From positions 1-64,000 of the IMG/VR virus record IMGVR_UViG_2791355164_000001: DNA of 64,000 nucleotides. The stretch is one strand, 5' to 3'. Below, one piece after another: positions 1-9,752 of the stretch. The translations under genes and the position numbers were made by a program. Source of the DNA: a virus. Taxonomy: Duplodnaviria > Caudoviricetes. Under the pieces are notes generated by a model. The model saw only the letters and a program-made list of their open reading frames with translations, ran no database searches and was not told the origin of the DNA. The stretch's first letter is position 1, and the number at the start of each line of letters is the position of its first letter.

Positions 1-862
1 TGTTTTCCGGCTCGCTGGCTTTTGCCTGCTGCAGCGCGGCCAGCTGCCCGGTAAGGTCGGCATTCAGCTGTTTCTGGCTGGCGAGTTTGCCGCGCAGCGT
101 CTGCTCATTGCCCTGCATCTGCTGCGCGCGTGCGGTCTGAGTGTCCACCTGCTCCAGCAGCGCTGACTGCTGCTCTGCCAGCTGATCGGTCTCAGCCTGC
201 GTGGTTTCCACTTCCGCGCGCAGCTTCGCCTGTGCGTCCTTCTGCTTCGTAAATTTGCCGCTGTTCTTCTCGATCAGGTTGGAAAGCGCCTGCGTCACCT
301 GCTGCAGCGACACGTCACGCCCGCCAATCGGCGCAACGATGTGCGTCACGTCGCGCTTGTTGGTCAGGAACTGGAAGGCTACCAGCGTGTCCTGGTTACG
401 GATCTTGCCGTTGTCCGCGGTCGGTGAGTGGAACACCAGCGACACGGTTTGCCCGTCGGATAACGGGATAAGCGCGCTCAGAACCGGAATGCTGGCCACG
501 CGGCGCACTTTGCCGATCACCGCGCCGCCCACGGTTTTCTGCCCGGTCGTGTCTGCGCCGGCGTCGTCGGTCCCGGCGGTAATGTCGGTGCCGTTCAGGC
601 CACGGTTCAGCGCCTTCACAAATGCGCGCATGGTCTGCGCCAGGCGCATACGCTCCGTGCTGATCGCCTCAAACATCGCGCCCGGTAACACGCTTTGTTC
701 ACCCAGGTAGGCGTGATCGATATCGTCGATAGTGGCGCTTTCCAGCATCATATCCGCGCTGCTGCCGGTCATCAGGCCGTCATACACCGCCTGCGCCAGC
801 TCTGCGCCCTGCGTGCGGCGCTGGAAGTCCAGCACCATACGGTTTTTAAGGATCTCACTCAT
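1..862 (-). CDS. darA: Defence-against-restriction protein DarA, 5' part (runs off the window)
   Basis: ATG at 862 overlaps the hdf stop (TAATG). Translation MSEILKNR...IPLSDGQTVSLVFHSPTA...DTLVAFQFL...VAPIGGRDV resembles P1 DarA. Synteny lydA-lydB-hdf-darA. Confidence 0.85.
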   Translation of the reverse strand, partial: MSEILKNRMVLDFQRRTQGAELAQAVYDGLMTGSSADMMLESATIDDIDHAYLGEQSVLPGAMFEAISTERMRLAQTMRAFVKALNRGLNGTDITAGTDDAGADTTGQKTVGGAVIGKVRRVASIPVLSALIPLSDGQTVSLVFHSPTADNGKIRNQDTLVAFQFLTNKRDVTHIVAPIGGRDVSLQQVTQALSNLIEKNSGKFTKQKDAQAKLRAEVETTQAETDQLAEQQSALLEQVDTQTARAQQMQGNEQTLRGKLASQKQLNADLTGQLAALQQAKASEPEN

Positions 863-1479
863 TACGCTGCCTCCTCCAGTTGGGCGATCTGCTCTTTAAG
901 CTGCCGCGTCAGTGCCTGCTCCTGATTTAGCTCAGTCTGCAGGCTGTCCGCACTTTTCTGCGCGTCGTCCGCGCTGCGCGTCAGCTGCTCCACCTTTGCT
1001 TTGGTTTCCGCTATGCCTGACTTATAGGCGTCACGCTGCTGGCGCACTTCGGCCAGCAGCTGCACCGAGGATTTCACGCCGCGTTTGGGCTGCGCCGTGT
1101 CATCGCTGGTGGCAGCAGCGCGCGCCATCCTGCGCGCCAGGGCTTTCTGAAAAGCCGTTGAGCCTTTGCTGAATAGCGTGGCCAGCTGGCGCCCGAGCTC
1201 AGGGATCGTGGTGACGTGGGTAAACGGCACGTTTTTCCCGTTCAGCTTCAGGCCGGAAATGTCGCCGCTGTCGTTGACCTGCACGGTCATAACCTGCTCG
1301 TCCATGCCAGTGAGGCTGAAAGTTTTGGTCGGTACGCCGTCTTTCCTGCGTGCGGTGCCGGCGGCGGTGACTTTGGCAATCTCATAGCCGCCGGTGGCGA
1401 TCGCCTTCTTCAGCTTCGCCAGGCCCTTATCGTTGAGTTCGTCAAAATTCAGCAGCACGTAACCTTTAGGATTCGACAC
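862..1479 (-). CDS. hdf: Hdf, DarA-related antirestriction/head protein
   Basis: 205 aa with C-terminal coiled coil; sits between lydB and darA as in P1. Confidence 0.75.
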   Translation of the reverse strand: MSNPKGYVLLNFDELNDKGLAKLKKAIATGGYEIAKVTAAGTARRKDGVPTKTFSLTGMDEQVMTVQVNDSGDISGLKLNGKNVPFTHVTTIPELGRQLATLFSKGSTAFQKALARRMARAAATSDDTAQPKRGVKSSVQLLAEVRQQRDAYKSGIAETKAKVEQLTRSADDAQKSADSLQTELNQEQALTRQLKEQIAQLEEAA

Positions 1480-1921
1480 TGAATACCCCCTGCTCTGACT
1501 TGCTCAGCTGGTACTTTCTGGAAATGGTGTCCTGCAGCGGGAAGATCCGGTAAAGCGGATTCAGGCGGCTGTTGCCGTGCGTCACGCGCACGGTAAGCAG
1601 CCATTCACCCGGTTCAAGGTAACGCGTGTCGATCAGCAGAAACTCCTCGCTCACGCCTTTGGGCGAGAGGTCGAGCGTGCGCTGCTTGCCGGAAATAACC
1701 ACCGTCGGATCGTTGCTGTCGCGCAGCCAGTACTCAATTTTTGCGCCCGCCAGCTTGCCGGCGCAGGCAATGTTAAGCCGGACCGGAAACGCCAGCGCGT
1801 TATCACGCGCAACGGCGGTACCGCACCCCAGCAACTCCACCTTTTTACGGGCAAATACGCAGCGATCCGTCACCATTGCTGCAGCCATCGCAGCAATAAA
1901 CAGGTTCTGATAATCAATCAT
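1466..1921 (-). CDS. lydB: LydB-like antiholin
   Basis: 151 aa overlapping the holin end; P1 synteny. Confidence 0.65.
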   Translation of the reverse strand: MIDYQNLFIAAMAAAMVTDRCVFARKKVELLGCGTAVARDNALAFPVRLNIACAGKLAGAKIEYWLRDSNDPTVVISGKQRTLDLSPKGVSEEFLLIDTRYLEPGEWLLTVRVTHGNSRLNPLYRIFPLQDTISRKYQLSKSEQGVFSVES

Positions 1922-2235
1922 TGGCCGGAGCCTCCTTTTGACCCAAGCACGCCGTTTATTGCCGCAATGAGTCGTTCTTTGAATACAGTTGAAAGTTCAC
2001 GCCAGTTGTTGCTCGCCACTAATACGGCGAGATAAATCACGATTTCATCCAGTCCCTGCTGCCGCGCAAAAAAGTAGGCCGTGAGGCCGGTAATTAGCGC
2101 CAGCACCAGCTCAGTGACAAAGTTGAATACGTTCGGTTTGATCCGGTATTCGCGCACTCCCAGCAGGAAAACGCCTGTGCCACTCAGCAGGGACAGGAGA
2201 AGCGAAACCGCGAGCATTTTTTCTACATCGGTCAC
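1918..2235 (-). CDS. lydA: LydA-like holin
   Basis: 105 aa with about 3 hydrophobic segments; first gene after a late-promoter motif. Confidence 0.75.
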   Translation of the reverse strand: MTDVEKMLAVSLLLSLLSGTGVFLLGVREYRIKPNVFNFVTELVLALITGLTAYFFARQQGLDEIVIYLAVLVASNNWRELSTVFKERLIAAINGVLGSKGGSGQ

Positions 2236-2271
2236 ATACCCCCCTTTGGTACCTGGTTATCAGGTGGCGAG

Positions 2272-2292
2272 AGGGTAAGCAGTCTGTAATTT
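2272..2292 (-). promoter_or_regulatory. Late promoter motif (lysis/dar operon)
   Basis: Minus strand AAATTACAGACTGCTTACCCT; one of six copies, each ahead of a late operon. Confidence 0.7.
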
Positions 2293-2304
2293 AGAGAGGT
2301 AAAG

Positions 2305-2332
2305 AAAAACAGCGCCCGGAGGCGCTGTTTTT
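2305..2332. terminator. Bidirectional intrinsic terminator after the tail fibre operon
   Basis: AAAAACAGCGCC-CGGA-GGCGCTGTTTTT. Confidence 0.8.
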
Positions 2333-2355
2333 AGGTGTGACGTGTAATTCGGCTA

Positions 2356-2952
2356 TCAAACTGAGGGCTTGTCCGGCCAGGCTACGGCAGCTCCGGCTGA
2401 TATGTCGATATTCTGCAGCAGTTCGGCGTAGGCCATCCACTCAATCAATTTCGCTTTGCTTGCGTCGCTGATCATGTTCAGCAGTAGCTGCGTCTGCCAT
2501 AACTGCGTCGCGCTGTGTACCTCTGCCAGCTTATCAGCACGCAGCTTTTCAGCCGCCTCGCGTGCTGCAGATTCTGCCGCAACGCTGTCAGTTACCCAGG
2601 CGCTGCCAGACCATACATCGTGCTCTGTCGCCGGTGCCTCAAGCGTCATGGAATCATCAAGCGGGCCGACTTCGGTAACTTCCAGGACATAACGGGTACT
2701 CTTCTGATAAGCCTTCAGGCCACGAAAATCGTCAATGATTTCCCAGCCATCGCCGCTGAAGCGGGCGATCTTCAGCTCGTCCGGAAGGATGGCTGGCGGA
2801 GCCTGAATAGTGCAGAAGGCGGGCAGGCCAACGCCTTTTGTTACCTTCTCTGTTGTCGAGCCCGCAAACAGCCCGGTAGACGGGTGCGCATTATAGGCAG
2901 TCACCACGCCATCCGCTGTGGCGAGCCCGTTTTTAAACGTAACCTTCTTCAT
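2356..2952 (-). CDS. Tail fibre assembly chaperone (Tfa/gpU)
   Basis: Tfa-like GVGLPA...W...DDFRG motif and C-terminal WPDKP; directly follows the fibre gene. Confidence 0.85.
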   Translation of the reverse strand: MKKVTFKNGLATADGVVTAYNAHPSTGLFAGSTTEKVTKGVGLPAFCTIQAPPAILPDELKIARFSGDGWEIIDDFRGLKAYQKSTRYVLEVTEVGPLDDSMTLEAPATEHDVWSGSAWVTDSVAAESAAREAAEKLRADKLAEVHSATQLWQTQLLLNMISDASKAKLIEWMAYAELLQNIDISAGAAVAWPDKPSV

Positions 2953-5900
2953 TAAGCAGCTCTCACAATGTAGTTAAATGCTATGTTTCGCGGCCTCACC
3001 CTGAAGCCCGTACCCGCACCCAGTCCTGTAGGCGTAAGCGTGATTCCTGGATAATGCGCAGACGTTGAGGCCATCGATTCTCTGGCGTCATAGTCCTGTG
3101 TGTAGTAGTTGGAATAACCTGTATTCTGGACTGTTGATTCTGGACGCGTGACAAGGGTGTAGTTACCATCGGTTCGCTTTGCCAGTCCCCAGTTTTCAAC
3201 AAGTGTTGCGGCCTGCCAGCTCATAACCTGACGTCCGTTGTCCACGCCACGCCCGTTATCCGCACCACGGATAAATTCGCCGCGCAAATCAGGTAGTGTC
3301 AGGTTCGGGTAGGCTCTTGCCAGTTCTGGATAATCTGACGCACTGAATTTTGCGCCATTGCAGAGTAGCCAGCCGTAGGGGATTTCATCAGATGGCCACG
3401 GGAAAGGTATGCCAGCAGGAAGGTTCAGCGCTTCTAACGTGGGTTTATATCCTTCGTGATAAACGCGCTGATTGTCATACTGCAAAGAACCATCGTTTAC
3501 TAACCGGAGAAACTTTTTGGTAGTCGCATTCCCCATATAAACATCATTCGCTGCACACCCGAAATTGAGCAATGACGTTATTCCTGGCGCTTTGACTGTT
3601 AGCTCACTGCTGAACTGAACCGGCCCTGTAAAAAGTGCGCTGCTGCGTACCACAAGACCGATATCGCTATCCGGAAGGCTGGTGTCTGTGCTGCCGATGA
3701 TTGTCTGGCCACGCAAATAGTTTGGCGCGGTTCCCTGCAGGTACAGGTTCCATCGGTTCACGCCGGGGCGCGCATTCAGACGCCCGTCAAAAGCGGCAGC
3801 TGACAGAATGTTCTCGCTAGTTTTATCGTAGGCGCGGAACGAGGAAAAATTGCTGATCTTCGTGGTGCTGTTGACGGTGCCGGAGTTCGCCCAAAACTCC
3901 ACCGCGTCATTCAAAGTATGCGCTGTTTTCCCATCGCCAAACGTTAACTCAGCGCCAAAGCCCAGCGCGCGCTCTGTCGCGTCTGCGCCAATATTCGCAT
4001 ACGCCATAGCCACCAGCTGCGTCGTGCCAGTCAGGTTGCCATTGCCGGCGAGACCGTTACCCAGCGTCAGCAGCCGGGAAGCGGACGCGCCAGCCCCCAG
4101 GCCGACAGAAAGCTGGCCTCTGGAACCAAAAGCAGCACAATACTTACTCCACGTTTTCCCGTTATCCCGGTTATCTGCTTCCAGCAGCAGGTTAGTGCCG
4201 TAGGTTCGCCAGCGATATGACGGGTTATTTGTAGTGCGATCAATGAGCGCCAGCGCAGGCGAAAAGCTGTTAACGGTGATGCCTTGGCTGCCGTCACCAT
4301 TACTGCCGTTCACCACCATCGCCGCACCGGTAAGATCGCCAATGGCAGTTGAGCCTTTCGCCAGGACGGTCACCGGCCCGGTAAAGTCAGCGCCGGCCGC
4401 AACAGTCAGGCTACCGGCGACTGAAGCTCCGCCGCGAAACTTCATTGTCGAGACGTTGATATCGCCCGTGCCGTCGGCAGAGAGGCTGATCCATGTATTG
4501 GGTATCGAATTGCCCCAGGTCACGGTATCGGTGTTATCGACTGACTGGCCTAAATACCAGTGCAGCGTGTCGTCTGACTTCCGTCCGCGAAGATAATAGG
4601 CTTTATCTTTGGTTGAGGGCTTCAGCTGCAGCGCAACCTGATCAGCTGAAAAGAGGCCTGCCCCATCAGAACGCAGACCGCCGCCGCCGACTAATGAAAG
4701 TCCGCCGGACCCCTGCAGCGTGGCGGTACCGTCGCCACTGTTGAGGGCAAAGCGCGCTGTGGTCGCGCCAGAGCGCGCGCGCGCATCGAGCGCAAGCTGC
4801 CCGCCGCCGTGTGTCATGTTCGTGATAGTAATACTGCCGAGCACTCTGCCGCCCCAGGTATCGGTCGTCGTGGACGCCAGCCGCCCGAAGATGTTCATCA
4901 CGTCGGTGTCATACGCCGTCGGCGTATCTTCCGGCTGATCGGTGCGCACAAACGTCATGACAGGCGTTGACGGCTCAGAGCGGATCACGCCAATACGGAA
5001 CCCGGCCTGAATCTGTGAATTAACCTCCAGATTCTTTGCGAATTTCACTTTCGGTGTATTGATATCGGTCAGGCTGTTCAGGCTGGTAATGTCGTTGTTC
5101 CAGCCCGCTCTCGCAGCGCCCAGGTTCAGCAGATCGGTCAGCGTCATACTGGCCGTGTCCATCTGTTTACGCCAGCCGTTTGCATCAGCGCCACTGCTCA
5201 GGCCATGCCATGCCCAGGAGCCATTACCACCGCCCGCGGTGCGGATATACACCGTGCCGTTTTGCGCGACCAGCAGCTGCACCAGCGACGCGCCGGCATC
5301 ATACAAACGGCGAACGTTGATTAGCTGGCCGCTCAGTGCCAGTGGCGCTTTACCAAGCTCAACCGGACCGTCTGTAAAGCTGCCGCTCAGCGTCCAGAAG
5401 GCGTTCTTTCCGGTTACAGTCACGTCAGCCAGCGACGTAATTTTGCTGTTTAATACAGCAGACGTTCCGCCCAGGCCAAACGCCCCTACGGCCATCAGAG
5501 CGCCGGCCGTCATATCAATCGAGGTTTCCTGGACGTTCGCCAGCGCGGCGGTACCGAGCCCAAGATGCTTGCGGGCTTCCGGAACGTTTGGCAGATCTCC
5601 CAGGTTTTCAGAGGCCTTCAGCTGCTTGTCATTGGTTACCTGGTCGAGCTCAATGTTCTGACGAAAGAGCGCCTTATCCTCGATGTCTGAACCATTGTTA
5701 GCGATGACCATGTTATTATCGATCATGCCCTTCAGGATTTTCAGCCCCTTCAGGTTAGCTGCAATCAGTTCATCATCGCTGGTGAGTATGGAGTCCAGCG
5801 TAATACCTACCTGCCGGTTGATGCGGTAGTTCGTGACGATCATCGCCTGCGTCACCTGCGTGGTGCCGGTTGGCACAAGCACGCGGCAAAGCTCCAGCTG

Positions 5901-6332
5901 GTTCGGTGCCAGCGCAACCGACAGATCCTGCGCAAAGACGCGCGCGGCCTTAACGGCGGAATCGCGGTTAACCTGCTCTGTCACCACGCCAACTTTGTAG
6001 TTCGCCTCCAGCACAATGCGCGTGGTCTTGCCCGCCACTACCGGCAGCGACAGATCGGCCAGGTGCTGCACCGTTACCTGGTGAGCGTTAACGTCAATAG
6101 AAGCCGAACCCTGCCCGCCGTCAGCGCCCTTTGAAGTGACAACGACGCTTAGCCCGGTACCGGCTACCGGGGAAAAACCCAGGTAGAAGCCGGGACGCAC
6201 GATCCCTTTTAATTTCCGGTTAAGCGCGGAACTGGTGTAGGTCTCCAGATACTGCATATCAGCTGACAGCGGCGCGGTACCATACGGAATGCCGGACATA
6301 ACGCCTACGTCGGTAATTTCGTTATCAGTCAT
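2952..6332 (-). CDS. Tail fibre protein (P1 gpS-like)
   Basis: 1126 aa; P1 S-like N-terminus (ADMQYLETYTSSALNRK); C-terminal collar domain (GWLLCNG...LPDLRGEFIRG...RPRNIAFNYIVRAA). Confidence 0.9.
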   Translation of the reverse strand: MTDNEITDVGVMSGIPYGTAPLSADMQYLETYTSSALNRKLKGIVRPGFYLGFSPVAGTGLSVVVTSKGADGGQGSASIDVNAHQVTVQHLADLSLPVVAGKTTRIVLEANYKVGVVTEQVNRDSAVKAARVFAQDLSVALAPNQLELCRVLVPTGTTQVTQAMIVTNYRINRQVGITLDSILTSDDELIAANLKGLKILKGMIDNNMVIANNGSDIEDKALFRQNIELDQVTNDKQLKASENLGDLPNVPEARKHLGLGTAALANVQETSIDMTAGALMAVGAFGLGGTSAVLNSKITSLADVTVTGKNAFWTLSGSFTDGPVELGKAPLALSGQLINVRRLYDAGASLVQLLVAQNGTVYIRTAGGGNGSWAWHGLSSGADANGWRKQMDTASMTLTDLLNLGAARAGWNNDITSLNSLTDINTPKVKFAKNLEVNSQIQAGFRIGVIRSEPSTPVMTFVRTDQPEDTPTAYDTDVMNIFGRLASTTTDTWGGRVLGSITITNMTHGGGQLALDARARSGATTARFALNSGDGTATLQGSGGLSLVGGGGLRSDGAGLFSADQVALQLKPSTKDKAYYLRGRKSDDTLHWYLGQSVDNTDTVTWGNSIPNTWISLSADGTGDINVSTMKFRGGASVAGSLTVAAGADFTGPVTVLAKGSTAIGDLTGAAMVVNGSNGDGSQGITVNSFSPALALIDRTTNNPSYRWRTYGTNLLLEADNRDNGKTWSKYCAAFGSRGQLSVGLGAGASASRLLTLGNGLAGNGNLTGTTQLVAMAYANIGADATERALGFGAELTFGDGKTAHTLNDAVEFWANSGTVNSTTKISNFSSFRAYDKTSENILSAAAFDGRLNARPGVNRWNLYLQGTAPNYLRGQTIIGSTDTSLPDSDIGLVVRSSALFTGPVQFSSELTVKAPGITSLLNFGCAANDVYMGNATTKKFLRLVNDGSLQYDNQRVYHEGYKPTLEALNLPAGIPFPWPSDEIPYGWLLCNGAKFSASDYPELARAYPNLTLPDLRGEFIRGADNGRGVDNGRQVMSWQAATLVENWGLAKRTDGNYTLVTRPESTVQNTGYSNYYTQDYDARESMASTSAHYPGITLTPTGLGAGTGFRVRPRNIAFNYIVRAA

Positions 6333-6337
6333 GTGCG

Positions 6338-6781
6338 TTACGCCGTTTTCTGTTCAATGGTAACCAGCAGGTTATAGGCCTTGCCGCGAAATACCGTGTC
6401 CTGCTGCAGACAGAGCACGGCAAAGGCGTTGCCGTCTCCATCCACCAGCGTCAGCGTATTAAGGTCATAGGCTTTATCAGCGGCCAGCGCTGACTCGTTA
6501 AGCTGAATAGAGACAGAGATTTCCGCGCCGGAGCTGGTGAGGATCAGCGGCGTCTCAGTAAACTTGCCGGACAGGTTGGCATTGCTGAAGGTGGAGGGAA
6601 TATCTGCAATGTTCCAGCCGCCGGCAGCATTACTGGTGACCAGCGCAGACTTGCCCCAGTAGGCTTTCGCCATTTGGAAGCGGTTTCCCTTGCCGATGGA
6701 TGATTCAGCGCGACGGATGTAGTAGTAGTCCAGCAGCTTCGCCTTAAACAGCTTGCTGCTGACGGAGATGGTATCAGCCAT
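6338..6781 (-). CDS. Tail fibre/baseplate protein gpR-like
   Basis: 147 aa directly upstream of S; P1 synteny. Confidence 0.7.
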   Translation of the reverse strand: MADTISVSSKLFKAKLLDYYYIRRAESSIGKGNRFQMAKAYWGKSALVTSNAAGGWNIADIPSTFSNANLSGKFTETPLILTSSGAEISVSIQLNESALAADKAYDLNTLTLVDGDGNAFAVLCLQQDTVFRGKAYNLLVTIEQKTA

Positions 6782-6810
6782 AAAAAAGCCTCTCAGAGTT
6801 AAGAGGCCAG

Positions 6811-6831
6811 AGGGTAAGGAGTTTGTAAAAT
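6811..6831 (-). promoter_or_regulatory. Late promoter motif (R-S-U operon)
   Basis: Minus strand ATTTTACAAACTCCTTACCCT. Confidence 0.65.
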
Positions 6832-6842
6832 CCGCAGGTCAA

Positions 6843-7934
6843 CTATGAGACAAATTGCTCGTAAAAAAGCATTGTAACCGTGCTGGTGCCGCTGCCGTCC
6901 GTGGGTAGCGCCAGAGTAAACTCCGGCGTCCCATCGAAGGGAAACGCCATTGTTTTACTGCTGCCGTCGTCACGCGTGACCGTAATGCCCTGATAGTCAC
7001 CCTTCAGGATAGCGATGTACTCCACGCCTTCCTCCGTAAATAACCGGGCGCGGCTGTCATCGCCGGCGCTGGCAATAACAACCGGCGCCGGAGCGGCGTC
7101 CGGTTTGTTCTGGTAGTCGTTCCACCAGGCATCAGCAGGTAGCGCGTCATAGCGCTTAACGTAGCGCGCTTCTCTGACGGGCTCAGGAGACATGACATGC
7201 AGCTGCTGTGACGTCATGTGCAGCGTCTTTATTTCCGATTGTAGATCGGCGTAGGACATTTTGGCCCGGTAGTCGATACCGGCACTAATCAGCCGCACGC
7301 GCTCTGAATCAGCGGTAAGCTCAAACGAGATAAACAGTGCCACGCCGTCAAACACAATATGCAGCGGCAGCAGCGGCTCAATGATCTGGTCAAACTGGCT
7401 CAGCAGTTTGTTAACCGCCTCCGTCTGTTCCACGTAGCCATAGCGCTCGTACAATTCGTTAAGCGCCACCGAAATTTGGGCGCGAGACGTCAGAAAGAAC
7501 TCGCCATATTGCTCCTGCGCGACCTCCACGCCCTCTTTTGTGGTGAAGAATGAGCCGTAAGGTGCTTTCTCCTGATCCACCGGCGCATAGAGCGGTTGCC
7601 AGGTCACGGGCAGGTTATCGAACTCGCGCCAGAACGTTGACGTGATCGGCTTATCGGTCCCCTTAAAATGCACTTCATCCAGGCGCTGCGCCAGCAGTAC
7701 CGGCCTGCTGGTGTCCGTGGTTTCCGCCACGACAAAAAAGCGGCCATACTCGCTCATGCGCAGCGTCAGATCGTCTTTGTTCATCGTGAAATAGCTTTTG
7801 CGATTGGTGATGCGCTCAAGCGTCGGTTCTACCGCCTGCTCAAATACTGACTGCAGGATATTTGCGAAGCCCGACCACAGCTCTGACGTGCTTTTCTCTT
7901 TTGTGAGCCGGTCTTTTACCCAGTTTCTGATCAT
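6843..7934 (-). CDS. Baseplate/tail protein gp16-like
   Basis: 363 aa between bplA and R, as in P1. Confidence 0.7.
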   Translation of the reverse strand: MIRNWVKDRLTKEKSTSELWSGFANILQSVFEQAVEPTLERITNRKSYFTMNKDDLTLRMSEYGRFFVVAETTDTSRPVLLAQRLDEVHFKGTDKPITSTFWREFDNLPVTWQPLYAPVDQEKAPYGSFFTTKEGVEVAQEQYGEFFLTSRAQISVALNELYERYGYVEQTEAVNKLLSQFDQIIEPLLPLHIVFDGVALFISFELTADSERVRLISAGIDYRAKMSYADLQSEIKTLHMTSQQLHVMSPEPVREARYVKRYDALPADAWWNDYQNKPDAAPAPVVIASAGDDSRARLFTEEGVEYIAILKGDYQGITVTRDDGSSKTMAFPFDGTPEFTLALPTDGSGTSTVTMLFYEQFVS

Positions 7935-7943
7935 GGCTTGGCC

Positions 7944-9377
7944 TCAGAGATAATTGATGTCAAAGGTGGAATTAGCAACGTCGAGATAGATAAAGTCATT
8001 CAGCTGGACGGCGGTTTTCAGATCGTGCGTCTGCACGTCGTAGGAGATAAACAGATCAAGCTCCTCAATGACGCGCCACAGGTCTTTTACCTGCACCTGC
8101 GCAAATTGTTTGCCGGCGGCAACGTCACTCTGATAGCTGTCGCCAAAGGTAGTCGCATCGCGCCCGAATTGTGCCTCCAGCAGTTTCTGCACCTCGTCTT
8201 TCGCATCGGAGATAATGACGTTCTTCTTCGCCACGGCGCTGACGCTTACCGTAAACGGCTCCTCCTGCGTGCGCACGTAGCGGAAGGTTTTATTTAGCTC
8301 ATTGGGTACAGACAGAACGGCGGTCATAAGCAGTTCTTCGAGCTCTGCCTGCGTATACCCCGGCTTGTGGCCGCAAAAGAAAATTGTGTTGATGTTGGAG
8401 AGTGATTTAACGCCGGTTGACTGCTCCTGCTCCTTTTCGCCCCAGGCGCTGATCCACGACATACCCGGCACTTTGCGATTCAGGAAGTATTTGTAATCGC
8501 CGCCCCACACAACCTGTTCATCATAGGCAACGTAGTACTGCGCCCGGTTGCGGGTCTCCTCGGTTGATTCAAAACCGCTGCCACCGGTGATCGGCGTCAT
8601 AGTCACTACTTCGATTTTGCTGCTCATATCGGCAATGTTGCCCGCCGGCGTCAGCTTCTGGCCCTGCGTCAGCGTGGTGTCACCCCGGCTGCACCACACG
8701 TCCAGATCGACCTTGCTGCCCGTTTCCGGCATTTTACCAATTGCGCCATCGCCAAAGCGCACGCCCAGCTGCTCCGAAGGCTTATAGACCATCACGTAAT
8801 GCTTACTGGTGCCGCGCGACAGGCGAAACAGCGGGTTATTTTCCCACAGGGTTTTGTTCTCGTTTTCCGTTACAAAAACGTCGAGTGAAACGGCCTCCTC
8901 GGTAATGTCGCGCGGCAGCATAACCGTATAAAACGCCGACTCAGCCTCAATTGTGGTGGACACGTTGACGTACTCCATCTGGCGTACGTCATTCACAGTC
9001 ACGCTTTTACCTGCGGGGATATAAATCACGTCGGTTGTGACGTAGGGCAGCTGCGCCAGCGACAGAAACTCTGCGTAAATCGGTAGCTGAATGTCCTGAT
9101 CCGTTTTATTGGTGATCTTCACGCTGCCCCAGGACGGCGTGATTAAGTGGCCAATGTAGTTACGATCTTCGGCTGCGGCCAGAATGCTCGATCGCTTCGT
9201 TGCAGTAGAGATAAAACCCTCAGTCAGCCCGCGTTCGGCGGTGCTCTGCGCGGCATAAATGATCTGCGCGCCAAACACGGCCATCATCTGAATGAACTGG
9301 CTGTTAGTAAACTTTCTCCACCAGCTGTTGCTCTGCAGCAGCCCGTTAAATTTGTCCTGTAATGCCTGAATGTTCAC
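7944..9377 (-). CDS. bplA: Baseplate wedge protein BplA
   Basis: 477 aa; FGDGAIG and GGSGFESTEE motifs typical of baseplate J/gp6-like wedge proteins. Confidence 0.8.
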   Translation of the reverse strand: MNIQALQDKFNGLLQSNSWWRKFTNSQFIQMMAVFGAQIIYAAQSTAERGLTEGFISTATKRSSILAAAEDRNYIGHLITPSWGSVKITNKTDQDIQLPIYAEFLSLAQLPYVTTDVIYIPAGKSVTVNDVRQMEYVNVSTTIEAESAFYTVMLPRDITEEAVSLDVFVTENENKTLWENNPLFRLSRGTSKHYVMVYKPSEQLGVRFGDGAIGKMPETGSKVDLDVWCSRGDTTLTQGQKLTPAGNIADMSSKIEVVTMTPITGGSGFESTEETRNRAQYYVAYDEQVVWGGDYKYFLNRKVPGMSWISAWGEKEQEQSTGVKSLSNINTIFFCGHKPGYTQAELEELLMTAVLSVPNELNKTFRYVRTQEEPFTVSVSAVAKKNVIISDAKDEVQKLLEAQFGRDATTFGDSYQSDVAAGKQFAQVQVKDLWRVIEELDLFISYDVQTHDLKTAVQLNDFIYLDVANSTFDINYL

Positions 9378-9389
9378 AATATTCCCCGG

Positions 9390-9749
9390 TTAACTTTTAT
9401 TCATGGACACGGCCAGCGCGCCGTTTGATGTGACGAATGTGATTTGCCAGGTATCAACGTTCTCCGGGGCGCAGCGGATAGCGCGCAACCCCAGCGCCGG
9501 CAGATCAATACGCAGCTTGCGCAGCAGCGCCGCTTCTATGGCGACTTCGGTTAAATGGCCGGTCTCAGATCCGACAGGCTCATGTTTGTAGTCCTGCATG
9601 GTGTTACCCCAGCCAGGCAGGCCATAGACGCTGCCCTGCGGGGTTCTCAGCCACTCCTCAAGGCGGGCAAGCCACGCCTGAGAATCACCCTCTTTCAGCA
9701 CGACGCCGCCCTGATCCACGCGCATCAGGCAGTCAATTTCGTTTTGCAT
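9390..9749 (-). CDS. pmgA: PmgA, gp25-like baseplate wedge subunit
   Basis: 119 aa with LRTPQGS..GLPGWG; between sit and bplA. Confidence 0.7.
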   Translation of the reverse strand: MQNEIDCLMRVDQGGVVLKEGDSQAWLARLEEWLRTPQGSVYGLPGWGNTMQDYKHEPVGSETGHLTEVAIEAALLRKLRIDLPALGLRAIRCAPENVDTWQITFVTSNGALAVSMNKS

Positions 9750-9752
9750 GCG

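Noticed and set aside
2952-3500. Diversity-generating retroelement target in the fibre tip
   Set aside because: No template repeat or reverse transcriptase is visible in the window.
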